DNA of 64,000 nucleotides from contig NC_043000.1 of the NCBI RefSeq assembly GCF_006345805.1, positions 18,476,001-18,540,000 on the forward strand, read 5' to 3'. The position numbers and the translations under genes are program-made. Below are positions 1 to 12,140 of the stretch, in pieces. Source of the DNA: Octopus sinensis (Eukaryota). Each line of letters begins with the position of its first letter. The stretch's first letter is position 1. The notes beneath the pieces are model-generated. The model worked only from the letters and a program-made list of their open reading frames with translations, did no database searches and was not told the DNA's origin.

Positions 1-552
1 CTCTACAGGTTCCAGAGCCTATTGTTGTCAGTGCTCTTGGCAAACAGTAAACACGTTGACATTCTTGAAACAACTTGAGACGAAATGGGTTTGTGGTCAG
101 CATTGATTATTTATGATTGTAACAATCAAAAACAACATTCATTCAAGACTAATTGGCAGTAGTAATTAAAATTGATGAAAACTTTGTTAGCAGTTTAAAA
201 ATTTCCTTTTTTTTTTTGTTTTTCATTTTTTTTTTCTAAATCTTATCAGAATATAAAACATGATGGAGTATAGATATTGAATGTCTGTAATTTATATCAT
301 TACATATATTTTTTGCCTTTATTATATATGGTGGCTGGCAGCCCTGAGAGAGTATCAGATAAGATACCTCATGATATTTAGTAACATATCTTTACATTCT
401 GAGGATAAAACAAGCACCAGTAATATACTGAGAGTCAATTGATTTGCGTATGTATATGCACCTGCCCAATGAAATTGTGGCCTTGTGTCAAGAATGGAAA
501 ATATCAATATCTTTTAATATTATTAATAATTCCCTATTGGTCTAAATGGTAA

Positions 553-2210
553 CATCATCATCTTCATTTAACGTCCGTTTTCCATGCTGGTATGGGTTGG
601 TCGGTTCGACCAGGGTCTGGGAAGCCAGGAGGCTGCACCAGGCAGCAATATGATCTGGCAGTGCTTCTATAGCTGGATGCCCTTCCCAACGCCAACTACT
701 CCATGAGTGTAGTGGGTGCTTTTTACGTGGGACCGGTACAGGGGCCAGAGGAGCTGGCATCGACCATGATCGGATGGTGCTTCATACGTGCCACCAGCAC
801 GAAAGCCAGTCAAGGCAGCACTGGCATTGGCCTTGTTCAGATGGTGCTTTTTACGTGCTACCGGCATGGGGCTCACAACTACAATTTCCATTTGATTTGA
901 TATTGCTGATGTTGATGTACTTGACTCAATAGGTTTCCTCAAGCATGGCGTGTCATCCTATGATCCAAGTTACTTTTGAGTGGGCTGGTTATGCAACACT
1001 GGTGTAGGCTACTCACTTTATTTGTCTGATCTTCTCAGTCACAGCATACCTCTAGAGGTCTTGGTCTTTTGTCATTGCCTCCGCGAGGCCCAACGATTGA
1101 AGGTCATGCATGACCACCTCATCCGGGTCTCCTCTAACCCGGATTACTCCCACTGTTTGAGAATGGCACTTCTTCACACAGTTCCCCTCATCCATCCACA
1201 GTACATGACCATACCAGTGCAAACGTCTCTCTTGCATGCCACATCTGATGCTTTTTATGTCTAACATTTCTCTCAGGGTGCTTCCACTCTGTCATGTGTG
1301 CACACTGACATTACACATCCAGCGGATCATGCTAGCTTCATTTCTTTCAAGCCTACACATGTCTTCTGCAGTCACAGCCCATGTTTTCTACCATGAAGCA
1401 TGGCAGTTCACACACATGCATTGTACAATCTACTTTTCACTCTGAGCGACAGACCCTTTGTCACCAGTAGGAGTAGAAGCTTTCTAAACGTTTGCCCAGG
1501 CTATTCTTATTCTAGAGGTAACACTCTCTGAGCATCTACCCCCACTACTAACTTGGTCACCTAGGTAGTGGAAGCTATCAACTACTTCTAGTTTCTGCCC
1601 TTGGAATGTGATGGAATCTGTTTTCTGAGCATCTGTGATGTTTATTGCCCCAGTGCATCTGCTGCATGTAAAAGCTATCTTCCCAGTTAATCTTCCTTTG
1701 ATGTTGCTGCACCTCTCATGTGCCCATAGTTAACACTGGGTACATCTTATGGAGTTTCTACCAACACTTTTTCTACAGATTGAGCAGAGCCACCTACCTG
1801 AAGGGGTGTGATGTGTTCACCTTCCTACTTACTAGAACTTTGGTCTTTGCAACATTGACTTTAAGGCCCTTCGATTCTAAACCTTGCTTCCAAACTTGAA
1901 GTTTCTTCTCTAGTTCTGGTAGTGACTCTGCTATGAGGACCAGGTCATCAGCATAGAGGAGCTCCCAGGGGCGACCCGTCTTGAATTCCTCCGTTATTGC
2001 CTGGAGGATTGATAAGAGGGAGCTGATCCTTGGCGGACCCCTACTTCTACCTGGAATCCTTTCCTATACTCATTGCCAATCCTAACCCTACTGACGGCAT
2101 CTCTATATAGGGCCTCCACAGCCCTTATTAACCATTCATCAATCCTCAGTTTCCGCATCGCCCACCAGATAAGGGATTGGGTGACCCTGTCAAAGGCTTT
2201 GTCCGAAATG
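553..2210 (-). mobile_element. 5'-truncated RTE-clade LINE (decayed RT plus 3'UTR with minisatellite and (GAT)n tail)
   Basis: DKAFDRV...EWLIRAVEALY...VGVRQGS and RLHWYGHVLWM...KKC motifs run contiguously into the 'family A' 3' sequence. Confidence 0.85.
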
Positions 2211-2753
2211 AAAGATAGCCGGTTAAGTAGGTGGGCAGATAACCTGGTTGTGTTTGTCCCAGCAGAGAGATAGAGAAAGAGAGGGAGAGAGACAGAGTGC
2301 AGGTAATACAGTGAACAGCAGCAGTGGGGGGGGGGGGTTAAGAGAAGAGACATTTAGTAATGGTGGTGAAAAATTTCTAGACAGAATGAAACGAAAGATC
2401 GCCAGTTAAGTAGGTGGGTGGGTGGATGGGCAGCTGGGCTCATTGCATTTGTCCCAGGAGAGAGAGAAAGAGTGCAGGTAATATATAGAAAACAGCCCGG
2501 TGGGCTGTTGGGAGAATAGACATCAGGTAATGGTGGTAGGAGGAGAGAGAGATATCCGGTATTGGTGGTGGGGGCAGGCACACTGCGACCAGGCTAAGTT
2601 TAGTTTGGGGACATAGTAAGGAGGAAAATAATAGTAATAATAATGAAATTAAACAGACTGAGAAAGGAGTAATTATCTTAACGAAATTACATGAGAGATA
2701 AAATTATATTTTGAGGGGACATTTTCAATGGCTAGCTCATGAAAACTAGCTGT

Positions 2754-3045
2754 TAGTGATTCCCCGACTTGCGCGAGCCAACTTTTGATACCGAGTGTTC
2801 AGGTTGCGCAAGTGGTATTCTCGACTTGCGCTTGTTGTATTCGTACAAAGCAGTCACCAATAAAAGTTTTTGGTTTCAAATAGAAAGAAAGCTCATTCAA
2901 TACTTTCTCCAAGTGTTTCTTTAATATAACAATATTTAGCAGTTATCCTGGAAAATATTTATAGAAAACAATATCTGGTACTCAACTTGTGCGAATTTTC
3001 GAATTGCGCATCCCCCAATTACTCGCACAAGTCTAGGAATCCCTG
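2754..3045. mobile_element. MITE with CAGGGATTCC-type TIRs (hAT-like)
   Basis: TIRs ..GATTCCCCGACTTGCGCGAG / CTCGCACAAGTCTAGGAATCCCTG; truncated second copy at 29238-29325. No TSD seen. Confidence 0.65.
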
Positions 3046-4077
3046 TAATACATTTAAAGTGTTAATGGCGAATGAATGTATGAAAGATCAAAAAACGGAA
3101 AATCTTAGCTTAGCATCGCAACATCGTTTGGCGGTGTCCAATTCACCATTCTCAGTAACCAATAGATGTGTGATTTGATTCGTAACCGTTCTCTGTAACC
3201 AATAGAGTGTGATTTGATTTGAGGGAGGGGAGACAAAAACAGCCAAATGCCTAGTTGTAGCTGTTATATCCCTCTGCCTTCTAAAGCCAAATCATGTTGG
3301 AGTGGAATTTACCTTTCGTCCCCGACCATAATCAATAAAATAAATAGCAGATATGTACTGAGATCACCCAGTTTATTAATGCCTTGTACCCACCTTAGAA
3401 AAGCGTTCACATCTTTATAAGAATTATTTGCTATTTCACCCAATGTCTTACTGCAGCAGTAATTTTTTTTTTTCTCAAATCTGATTTCATGTTCCAATTT
3501 AACCCACTTCACTTTCCACTTACTTTGCTAATACTCTTGATGAAGGCATGAGAGTTGCAGTTTCATATTTTTCATTATTTTTTTTTCTTTTTGTACTTTT
3601 TTTTTTTTATTACAATTTTTCAAATACTAATTTCAATAGATTTAAGAGAATTCCCAGCAAGGTAAATTTGCAACTTGGTTTCAATTCTCAAGTGAAGCCT
3701 TTTCACTTCTATTGCTGACGGCCTCGAGAAATGCATGAACGTTACACAACCTCATTCTGTTTACCAACAATTTTGTTGCTTTGTTTCTAATTGAGAAACA
3801 GTTTTCACGATGAATTCCTTATATTCTTGTATTTCGCTTACTATCATCATAAAATGTAGATGTTATAAGTTGATACTAAGCTTCATTTAGTAGTATACTC
3901 TACGTTGTAATGATTCCACCATCCTCCTCAGGATATACACAAGAGAGGTTTTCCTTTCATTTTCTCAAACCAGTGTATAATGATATTTCCAGAGACAAAA
4001 ACTATATTATGATTGCAGTAGCAAAATGTGGTTTCATTGAGCTCAGATGTGTATAAAGTTAAATACATATATTTTAA

Positions 4078-4296
4078 CCCTTTAGTGTTCAGATTATTCT
4101 ATCAAACATAATGCTTATTGATTCCCATTGATTTGAATTAATCATGCATTATCTCATATCTTCAAGATCTTGATGGTGTAATTACTTAATGTAGAATAAC
4201 ATTGTAGGGTAGGTGTGAGAGCCTGGATCTGGTCAGTTTGAACATAAAACAGATTAAATATTTTGGCCGGATATGGCCGGTTTAAATGCTAAAGGG
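4078..4296. mobile_element. piggyBac-type MITE family E
   Basis: CCCTTTAG...CTAAAGGG flanked by TTAA. Confidence 0.85.
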
Positions 4297-4443
4297 TTAA
4301 AAAAAGAAAGGAAAAGAAACAAGGGTACATAAAGCATAAGTTTTATAAAGGGAAGAGGAATGAGACCAGAAGCAAACTTGCTACATTTCAAAAGTCACAC
4401 CCATTTGTAGACAAGCCAACAACTGTCCATCTTTACTCAACAA

Positions 4444-4777
4444 TCATCATCATCATTTAGTGTCTGCTTTCCATGCTAGCATGGGTTGGACGGTTCAACT
4501 GGGGTCTGGGAAGCCAGAAGGCTGCACCAGGCCCAGTCTGATCTGGCAATGTTTCTACAGCTGGATGCCCTTCCTAACGCCAACCACTCCGTGAGTGTAG
4601 TGGGTGCTTTTTACGTGCCAGACGGGGCTGGCAAACGACCATGGTGCTTTTTACGTGCCACCGGCATGGGGGCCAGGCAGGGCTGGCAACGGCCACGGGT
4701 GCTTTTTATGTGCCACCGGCACGGGGGCCAGGCGAGGCTGGCAACGGCCATGATCAGATGGTGCTTTTTACGTGCCT
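4444..4777 (-). mobile_element. RTE 3' end (family A)
   Basis: (GAT)n tail, conserved core and minisatellite. Confidence 0.85.
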
Positions 4778-5635
4778 ACGAACAAAAACTTGAGGTAACA
4801 AACTTGCAGTCATTAAGATAATGATCTACACTTAATGATCCTACATGTTTAACCCCAGAACAGACCTTAAAGGATTCAACAGATATTTTCATGTATATTT
4901 ATCCCTCTCTCTTTCGGAGAGGCACTGAGCAGCTATACGCACACATACACACACGGCAGTAACTTCCGCCTACCGAATTCAATCACAAAGCTCCGGTCGG
5001 CTCGGGGCTATAGTGGAAGACACCATGTAGTTAGGAAGCAAGCTCCCTAACCACACAGCCATGCCCGATCTATATAGTCCATGTTATTTCATGGCAATTT
5101 TTGAAGATTCTGGATTGAACCTGTAAACAATACCAGTCATTAGCATGGACACACTATTACCAATAAATTTGGAACTGATGCAGGAAGTAGGTGATTTCTG
5201 GCTGTCTGATGAAATGTATTTAGCTAATTATTTAACTTGTTTGCAAGGGAATCCCTTCATGGTCATCTGAGCTGTTAGAAACAGCCAAATCTCCTTCAAA
5301 TTATTCTCTTCCATCTTGAAAAAAAGAGACACACTGGATAATATAGTCCTAGACATACTTTTGGAACACCTTGATCGTAAGTCCACCCAATCTTGGGTGC
5401 CAGGAAGCACAGAGAAATCATAACTCATTAGTTCCTATGAGTAGATGCAGCACTTTAAGATAGCAAGTTATCCCCAAGCTTAAATGCTTTGTCCATCCTA
5501 TGTATGTGTCTGTGTATGTGTGTGTGTATGAATGTACATACATACTCACACACTGTGGGTGTGTTTATGTCTCCTTGTCATGTGATGGTTGCAAAGGAAC
5601 ATCACATGTTCATCATACTATGTCATTCATTTCCA

Positions 5636-5893
5636 ATCATCATCATCATCATCATTTAGCGTCCGCTTTCCATGCTAGCATGGGTTGGACGATTCAACTG
5701 GGGTCTGTGAAGCTGGAAGGCTTCGTCAGGCCCAGTCAGATCTGGCAGTGTTTCTACGGCTTGATGCCCTTCCTAACGCCAACCACTCAGTGAGTGTAGT
5801 GGGTGCTTTTACGTGTCACTGGCACGGGGGCCAGGCGAGGCTGGCAACGGACACAAACAGATGGTGCTTTTTGGTGCCACCGACACGGGGGCC
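5636..5893 (-). mobile_element. RTE 3' end (family A)
   Basis: Same core and tail. Confidence 0.85.
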
Positions 5894-5899
5894 AGACAG

Positions 5900-6560
5900 A
5901 TCTTTTGTGAAAATATGCCCAGGGAAATGGGTAAGATTTGACAACATGAAGGTCATTTAACCATAGAGCATCTGCCCCAAGGAATCCCATCTGACCTATG
6001 CAAGCAAGAAAAAGTAGATGCTTTGGCAAAAAAAGAAAAAAATCCATGTCATTATTATATTTGTGAAACTGTAAGAAAAGATAAAGAATCTGAAATGATC
6101 AAATGTAACATTTATAGTAAACAGATATTCATAAGCGTAAAGGGTGAACATAGATTTATTAATAATCATGAAATGATTGTATTCCAATAACCAATGGGAA
6201 TATCATACAAAAGACAAACCTTGGAATTAATGGATCAAATAGGAAAAATGTCTGATGGGCAAAGTTTGAGAAGAATATGCGTTGGCTTTGGCGTCACTAG
6301 ACTTTGAAGCAGCAATGGTGGAAACACTCGAAACAGCTTGATCTTTTATGGTAGCTTTATACAACAGACCAAAGCATCAGCATTATATTCCCACAAAAGC
6401 TGGTTTCTCGATCACAAAATATCTGCTGATCATGCCAAGCTGAAACAAAGAAAAGAAATGGTCATAAAGAGAAGTTATTACAACAGAGCAGACTAAATTC
6501 ATGTTTAGTAAACAACCAACCAAAATACCAATAATAGGGTAAAGACTCCCTTCAGGCATG
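5900..6560 (+). mobile_element. Very decayed LINE RT relic
   Basis: Fragments such as EYALALASLDFEAA resemble RT domain 3; many stops. Confidence 0.35.
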
Positions 6561-6778
6561 AATGACAGTGGCATTGCACCTACAAGATTCCCCTCCAAGA
6601 TTGTTTCTGTGGAAGGCTAGCAGTTGCCCATGTATACCAGCCTCCCCTCTCCACGCCACCAGAGTTATCCAAGGGAAAGGCAAAGGCCATTAGAGCTTGG
6701 CACCAGTGACATCACAACTCATTTCTACAGCTGAGCGAACAATGTGAAATAAAATGTCTTGCTCAAGAACACAATAAT

Positions 6779-7161
6779 GAAGCACTCCGTCGGTTACGAC
6801 GACGAGTGTTCCGGTTGATCCGAATCAACGGAACAGCCTGCCCGTGAAATTAACGTGTAAGTGGCTGAGCACTCCACAGACACATGCACCCTTAACGTAG
6901 TTCTCGGGGATATTCAGCGTGACACAGAGAGTGACATGGCCGGCCCTTTGAAATACAGGTACAACAGAAACAGGAAGTAAGAGTGAGAGCAAGTTGTGGT
7001 GAAAGAGTACAGCAGGGATCACCACCATCCCCTGCCGGAGCCTCGTGGAGCTTTTAGGTGTTTTCGCTCAATAAACACTCACAACGCCGGTCTGGGAATT
7101 GAAACCGTGATCCTATGACCGCGAGTCCACTGCCCTAACCACTGGGCCATTGCGCCTCCAC
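6779..7161 (-). mobile_element. tRNA-like SINE family D (tail type i)
   Basis: Head GTGGAGGCGCAATGGCCCAGTGGTTAG, B-box GGTTTCAATTCC. Confidence 0.88.
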
Positions 7162-7344
7162 GCTCAAAAACACAATACACAGCCCAGTCCAAGAACCAAA
7201 TACACAACCTTGTGATTATGAGCCCGATGTTCTAACCACTGAATCATGTATCTTCAAAATAACAAACAATTTAAAATAGGTTAAAAAAAAACATCCAAAT
7301 TGTATTCTTAGCTTAATAATTTCATTTCATTTTAAGAAAACTTT

Positions 7345-7572
7345 CATCATCATCATCGTTTAGCGTCTGCTTTCCATGCTGGCATGGGTTGGACGATACA
7401 ACTGGGGTCTGGGAAGCCAGAAGGCTGCACCAGGCCCAGTCTTATCTGGCAATGTTTCTACGGCTGGATGCCCTTCCTAACGCCAACCACTCAGTGAGTG
7501 TAGTGGGTGCTTTTTTACGTGCCAGACGAGGCTGGCAAACGGCCACGATTGGATGGTGCTTTTTACGTGCCA
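7345..7572 (-). mobile_element. RTE 3' end (family A)
   Basis: Same core and tail; a shorter copy lies at 8272-8403. Confidence 0.85.
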
Positions 7573-8151
7573 AACCTTTTCAAATTATTTTGCTCTGAAG
7601 AAAAGAAATGTTAAGCTTTTCCTCACATTAAACCAATTTATTCCACTTTAGAACTGTTGCAAACACAAATTTGTTTAACCCTTTTGATACCAACCCACCT
7701 AAGACCCTAAGACAGCCCCTGGTTCTATGATACTAACTTCCTGTTTTGAAGTTATTTTAATCATGTTAATTCATGTTCCAAATATCAGTCTATTAATAAC
7801 AAAGTTATTTTACTAAAATCTTCTTTATTTTCAAAACTAATCTAAACAAAGGCAATGTGTTGAAACAGAAATAATGTAATAAGAAGGTAAAACACACAAT
7901 GCTAAAAATTACAATGTACTATTGCAGACTTATGTTTTAATAAAGAATGAAATGAAATTACTCATTTCTAAAATGCATATATTTACACAGACCAAATTAT
8001 ATTAACTTGAGCTTTATCTTGTTTTTAATGCCTCTTCCCAATTACGACCATAGTTACATATTTTCTGAGGAGGCCTTTTTTCATTTATAGTGTTATAGTG
8101 TTTATTGGTGCAATTGCACCTTACAACTTGTTAGGTTCCCTGTTTTTGATA

Positions 8152-8164
8152 CTAGCCAATACAG
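8152..8164 (-). CDS. EIF6: Probable eIF6 terminal coding micro-exon (S-CIG*)
   Basis: Acceptor ttttctccAG, phase fits exon 6, TAG at 8154-8152, AATAAA at 8106-8101 downstream. Confidence 0.6.
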
Positions 8165-8427
8165 CTGGAGAAAACATGATTTATTTTAGAAGTGTGCTGT
8201 GGAATTCTGTGATAGGTATATTATCAAAGTTTATAACTTTTATTTTGACAAAATATATACAAAAATTAGTATCATCATCATCATTGTTGTCATCGTTTAA
8301 TGTCCACTTTCCATGCTGACATGGGTTGGACAGTTTGTCTGAGGGCTGCGCCAGACACCAATCCGATCTAGCAATGTTTCTACAGTTAGATGCCCTTCCT
8401 AATTCCAGTTTCAGCAAGCATCAATAC

Positions 8428-8652
8428 TTATTTCTTTATTGCCCACAAGGGGCTAAACATAGAGGGGACAAACAATGGTATTAAGTCGATTACATCAACC
8501 CCAGTGCGTAACCGGCACTTAATTAATCGACCCCGACAGGATGAAAGGCAAAGTCGACCTCGGCGGAATTTGAACTCAGAACGTAACGGCAGACGAAATA
8601 TGGCTACGCATTTCACCCGGCGTGTTAACGTTTCTGCCAGCTCGCCGCCTTA
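8428..8652 (-). mobile_element. tRNA-like SINE family C (possibly CORE-type)
   Basis: Head GGCGAGCTGGCAGAA, B-box GAGTTCAAATTCC, core GACTTTGCCTTTCATCC. Confidence 0.85.
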
Positions 8653-8772
8653 ATACAAGCATCAATACTGCTATTCAAACCACCATAGAAACCCATTTAC
8701 CTTTCTGTAAATGGTTCACTTCACAACAGAACAAAATATCACCATCAATAAGAATATTAAAAGGTCACAAAC

Positions 8773-8957
8773 CTATCAATCAAGGATTCACGCATGGTGG
8801 TTGTAATATTGGCTGGCTGTGCTCCTTCCCCTAACTTGAAGACACTTTCTATCACTGATATTTCTGTACTGGTTGTGTCAAGACCACAGAAGGCTGCCCA
8901 ATCATTAACAACCATTCCTCCACCAATAATATCACTGCCTCGGTTTACTGTACCAGC
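8773..8957 (-). CDS. EIF6: eIF6 coding exon 6 ([42 protein letters not shown]...MRESLID-S)
   Basis: Within ORF 8757-8996; acceptor ttacAG; probable donor AG|GTTTGT. If unspliced it would end RFVTF* at 8757. Confidence 0.95.
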
Positions 8958-9093
8958 CTGTAAATGGTATGCAAAAGAGTTTGAAAAATAAAGCAAATTA
9001 ACCAGAATTAAGATTTAAAGCAGCATGTCAACAGAAATTTAAGACAGTAAAGTATGATTTGACAGTTAATTCTCAGATGTCGAGCCTTAAAAA

Positions 9094-9238
9094 TATAAGG
9101 TTGTTCCAAAAGTTCGTAGAAAGTCTTGGAAAATAATGGTCTTTATTTTGAGGAATAATTTTTGTTGTTTTTGTTAGTACTTGGCAAGTAAAAATTCAAT
9201 TTTCGCAAGTGTTTACGAACTTTTGGGACAACCTAATA
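9094..9238. mobile_element. Mariner-derived MITE with TA TSD
   Basis: TIRs TAAGGTTGTTCCAAAAGTTCGTA / TACGAACTTTTGGGACAACCTAA; interior retains the transposase C-terminus (LENNGLYFEE*). Confidence 0.8.
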
Positions 9239-9364
9239 CAATCAATCTCTCTCATATACATATATATTCAGCAAAAATTTAGATTCAAATGAATATGGTA
9301 CTTAATTTAGATGCACCAGAATTCTGTATGGTGTTATCCATAAAAATCCGTGGAGTGATTATAA

Positions 9365-9466
9365 TCAAAATAAGCAACAAGAATGACTCCGGTAATTTGG
9401 TACAATCGTTTGTAGTACGAAACGATCGTACCAAATTACCGGAGTCATTCTTGTTGCTTATTTTGA
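9365..9466. repeat. Near-perfect hairpin with ~47-bp arms
   Basis: TCAAAATAAGCAACAAGAATGACTCCGGTAATTTGGTAC... mirrored; 8-nt loop. Confidence 0.95.
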
Positions 9467-9542
9467 GCATATACATACACACACACATATATATATATAT
9501 ATATAAAATAAGAACAAAATAAGTAATATATATATATATATT

Positions 9543-9915
9543 CTTTTTTTACTTGTTCCAGTCATTTGACTGCAGCCAAGCTGGAGCACCATCTTCAGTC
9601 GAACAAATTGATCCCAGGACTTATTCATTTATAAGTCTAGTACTCATTCTATCGGTCTCTTTTGCCAAACCACTAAGTTACAGGGACGTAAACACACCAA
9701 CATCAGTTGTCAAGCGATGGTTGGGGAACAAACAAACAAATACATATATATATAGACACACACAACAGGTTTCTTTCAGTTTCCGTCTACCAAATCAACT
9801 CACAAGGCTTTGGTTGGCCCGTGGCTATAATAGAAGACACTTGCCCAAGGTGCCATGCAGTGGGACTGAACCTGGAACCATGTGGTTGAGGAACAAGCTT
9901 CTTACCACACGGCTG
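9543..9915 (-). mobile_element. tRNA-like SINE family B
   Basis: Head with A/B-box-like motifs (GGTTCAGTCCC), central (TA)/(TG) tract, AAAGAGT tail. Confidence 0.85.
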
Positions 9916-10077
9916 ATAGTGTAGTTTATGAAGTTCACTTTGCAAACACATTATCTTGAGTTCAGCCTCACAACTTGGCACTTTGAACAAGTGCCTTCTA
10001 CTATTGCAGGAAGTCAACAAATGCCTTGTGAGTAAAATTGGTAGATGGAGACTGCATGTATGTGTGTCTGTGTTTGC

Positions 10078-11235
10078 ATACATTAACAGTGTTCACTATG
10101 ATATACTCAGTAATATCTCAAGAGTCTACGGGGTCCAACACAGATGTAACAACATCTGTAAGTCTCTGTATAGGAACTTGCAGTGTTATGCGAAAACTAG
10201 CAGTAGAACCACCAAAATGTTGTAAATTGCAACCAGGGTGAGAAAAGGTTGCATCTTGTTGGCTTTTCTGTTCTTTATAGTGACTGATTTCATTAAACAG
10301 AAAGTGATGGATAGCACCAGTTTTGGAATAATGTAGGAACTGGGCAAAGTGACAGATTTGAATTTCACAGACAAATTAGCATTACTAAGCTCCAATTAAG
10401 ATACACTGCAGGCCATGACAGATAGCCTGTACAGTTTGGGAGTGAAAGTAGGTCTGCAGATTAGTACTGAAAAGATGAAGGCCATGTCAACTGGCAGAGC
10501 CCAAGCACAACTTGTCAAGCTAAGACAAGACAAAATCAAGAGTGTCAATCATCATCATTGTTTAACGTCTGTTTTCCGTCCTAGCACGGGTTGGACGGTT
10601 CGACCGGGGTCTGGGAAGCCAGGAGGCTGCACCAGGCTGATCTGACAGTGTTTCTACAGCTGGATGCCCTTCCTAATGCCAACCACTCCGTGAGTGTAGT
10701 GGGTGCTTTTTACGTGCCACCGGAGTCTGGCAGCGGCCACGATCGGTTGGTGCTTTTTACGTGCCACTGGCACAGAAGCCAGCCAAGGCGGCGCTGGCAT
10801 CGTCCACGTTCGGATGGTGCTTTTTATGTGCCACCGGCACAGGTATCACAACTACTATTTCCATTTTATATTTATTTCGATGTTCATGTACTTGACTCAA
10901 TAGGTCTCCTCAAGCACAGCAGATTGAATACATTTACATATCTTGGAAGCTGTATTTTCAACTCAGATGATGCAGAAGTTGAAGTCAAAACAAGGATAGG
11001 TAAAGCAACATCACTATTCCAATGCCCTCATCCAATACAGAGATCAAAGAGCATCAATGAGAAGACAAAGCATCAATTGTACTCATCTATTGTTATACCA
11101 ACAGCCCTCTATGCATGTGGAACCTGGAAGAAGACTGCAAAGATCTCAGATATGCTTGAGGTGTTCCATAAATGCTGCCTTTTTCATGCCCTTTTTTTAA
11201 GGGTGCAATATAACATGCCCCTGAAATGTTAGATT
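10078..11235 (+). mobile_element. Decayed RTE RT fragment interrupted by an RTE 3'-end insertion
   Basis: FTYLGS...EVKTRIGKA...LYSSIVIPTALYACGTW...LEVFHKCCL motif and upstream RT remnants. Confidence 0.75.
10548..10918 (-). mobile_element. RTE 3' end (family A), inserted in an older RTE relic
   Basis: Same core and tail. Confidence 0.85.
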
Positions 11236-11323
11236 GGGTCAAAAAAATAAAATACTGGGATAAACCAGCTACACAAGTCAGGTAATCAAGAAACTAATAG
11301 AATCACATAAAACTTTTACTGAC

Positions 11324-11389
11324 CACTAAAGGAACTTGAAGTAATGAAGATAATTCATCTTGGTCTTCAACTGTTGTGCGTGGATGGAC
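11324..11389 (-). CDS. EIF6: eIF6 coding exon 5 (VHPRTTVEDQDELSSLLQVPLV)
   Basis: 66 nt, phase 0/0, acceptor ttccAG, donor GTCAGT. Confidence 0.96.
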
Positions 11390-11574
11390 CTGGAACAAAT
11401 TGAATAAGAACTCATTAGTTTGGAAGCATCACATTTCAAGCTACAGAAATGGCTCCTGCTCCTGAATGCTAGTTGGTTGTGTACTTTCTCTGGCATATCC
11501 ACCTAACTCTCTCATCTCTTTTCCCTTTACCACCCATACAGAGTCTCAATTTTTCACCTTACACATACACATAT

Positions 11575-12140
11575 TCCTATCGCTTTATGTCACGCTGGTG
11601 AGACCCATATTGAAGTACGGGATTCAAGCCTCTTCTCCTTATCTCCTCAAAGACATACATCATCTCGAAAGAGTCCAGAAGCTGGCTACCCGCATGGTTC
11701 TTGGTCTCAAGCATTTGTCTTATGAAGAAAGGCTGAAGACGCTCGACCTTTGTTCTCTAGAAAAACAACGACGCCGTGGTGATCTCATTCTTGTTCACAA
11801 CATCATAAGCGGAAAGTGTAACCTCTCGAAAGAGCTGTTCTTCACTCCTGCTCCAGAGCGTCGGCTGCGGGGTCACTCTGAAAAGTTCTATCTGCAACGA
11901 TTTTATCTCAATCGAAGGAGAGGGGCTTTCTCCGTCCGGGTTGCGGATCTGTGGAATAAGCTGCTGGACGAGATAGTGAAGATGCCGACGACCGCTCAGT
12001 TCAAAGTCTCCCTTGACCAGAAATGGTCCGAACTCTTTGCATGAACACCACCCTGTACATAACTCCATGTCCCCCTACATGGCCTTGCTTTTTGCTTTTT
12101 GAGCCAAAAAATTAACTTAACTAACACACTAACCACTAAC
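11575..12140 (+). mobile_element. 5'-truncated CR1-like LINE 3' end
   Basis: LYVTLVRPILKYG...LERVQ..ATR...LSYEERL...RRRGDLI...RGHSEK...FSVRVADLWNKL; short 3'UTR with TAAC-type tail. Confidence 0.9.

Noticed and set aside
4486-4821. Recurring MDGSTGVWEARRLHQ.. and MLGGQTQ../MSSNARG.. ORFs throughout the window
   Set aside because: Translations of dispersed RTE tails and SINEs, not genes.
5280-5385. Plus-strand open frame ending at a GTAAGT donor
   Set aside because: No recognisable homology and no partner exons found.
7090-7161. tRNA-like sequences (A/B boxes)
   Set aside because: SINE heads, not complete cloverleafs; no true tRNA, rRNA or CRISPR array was seen.
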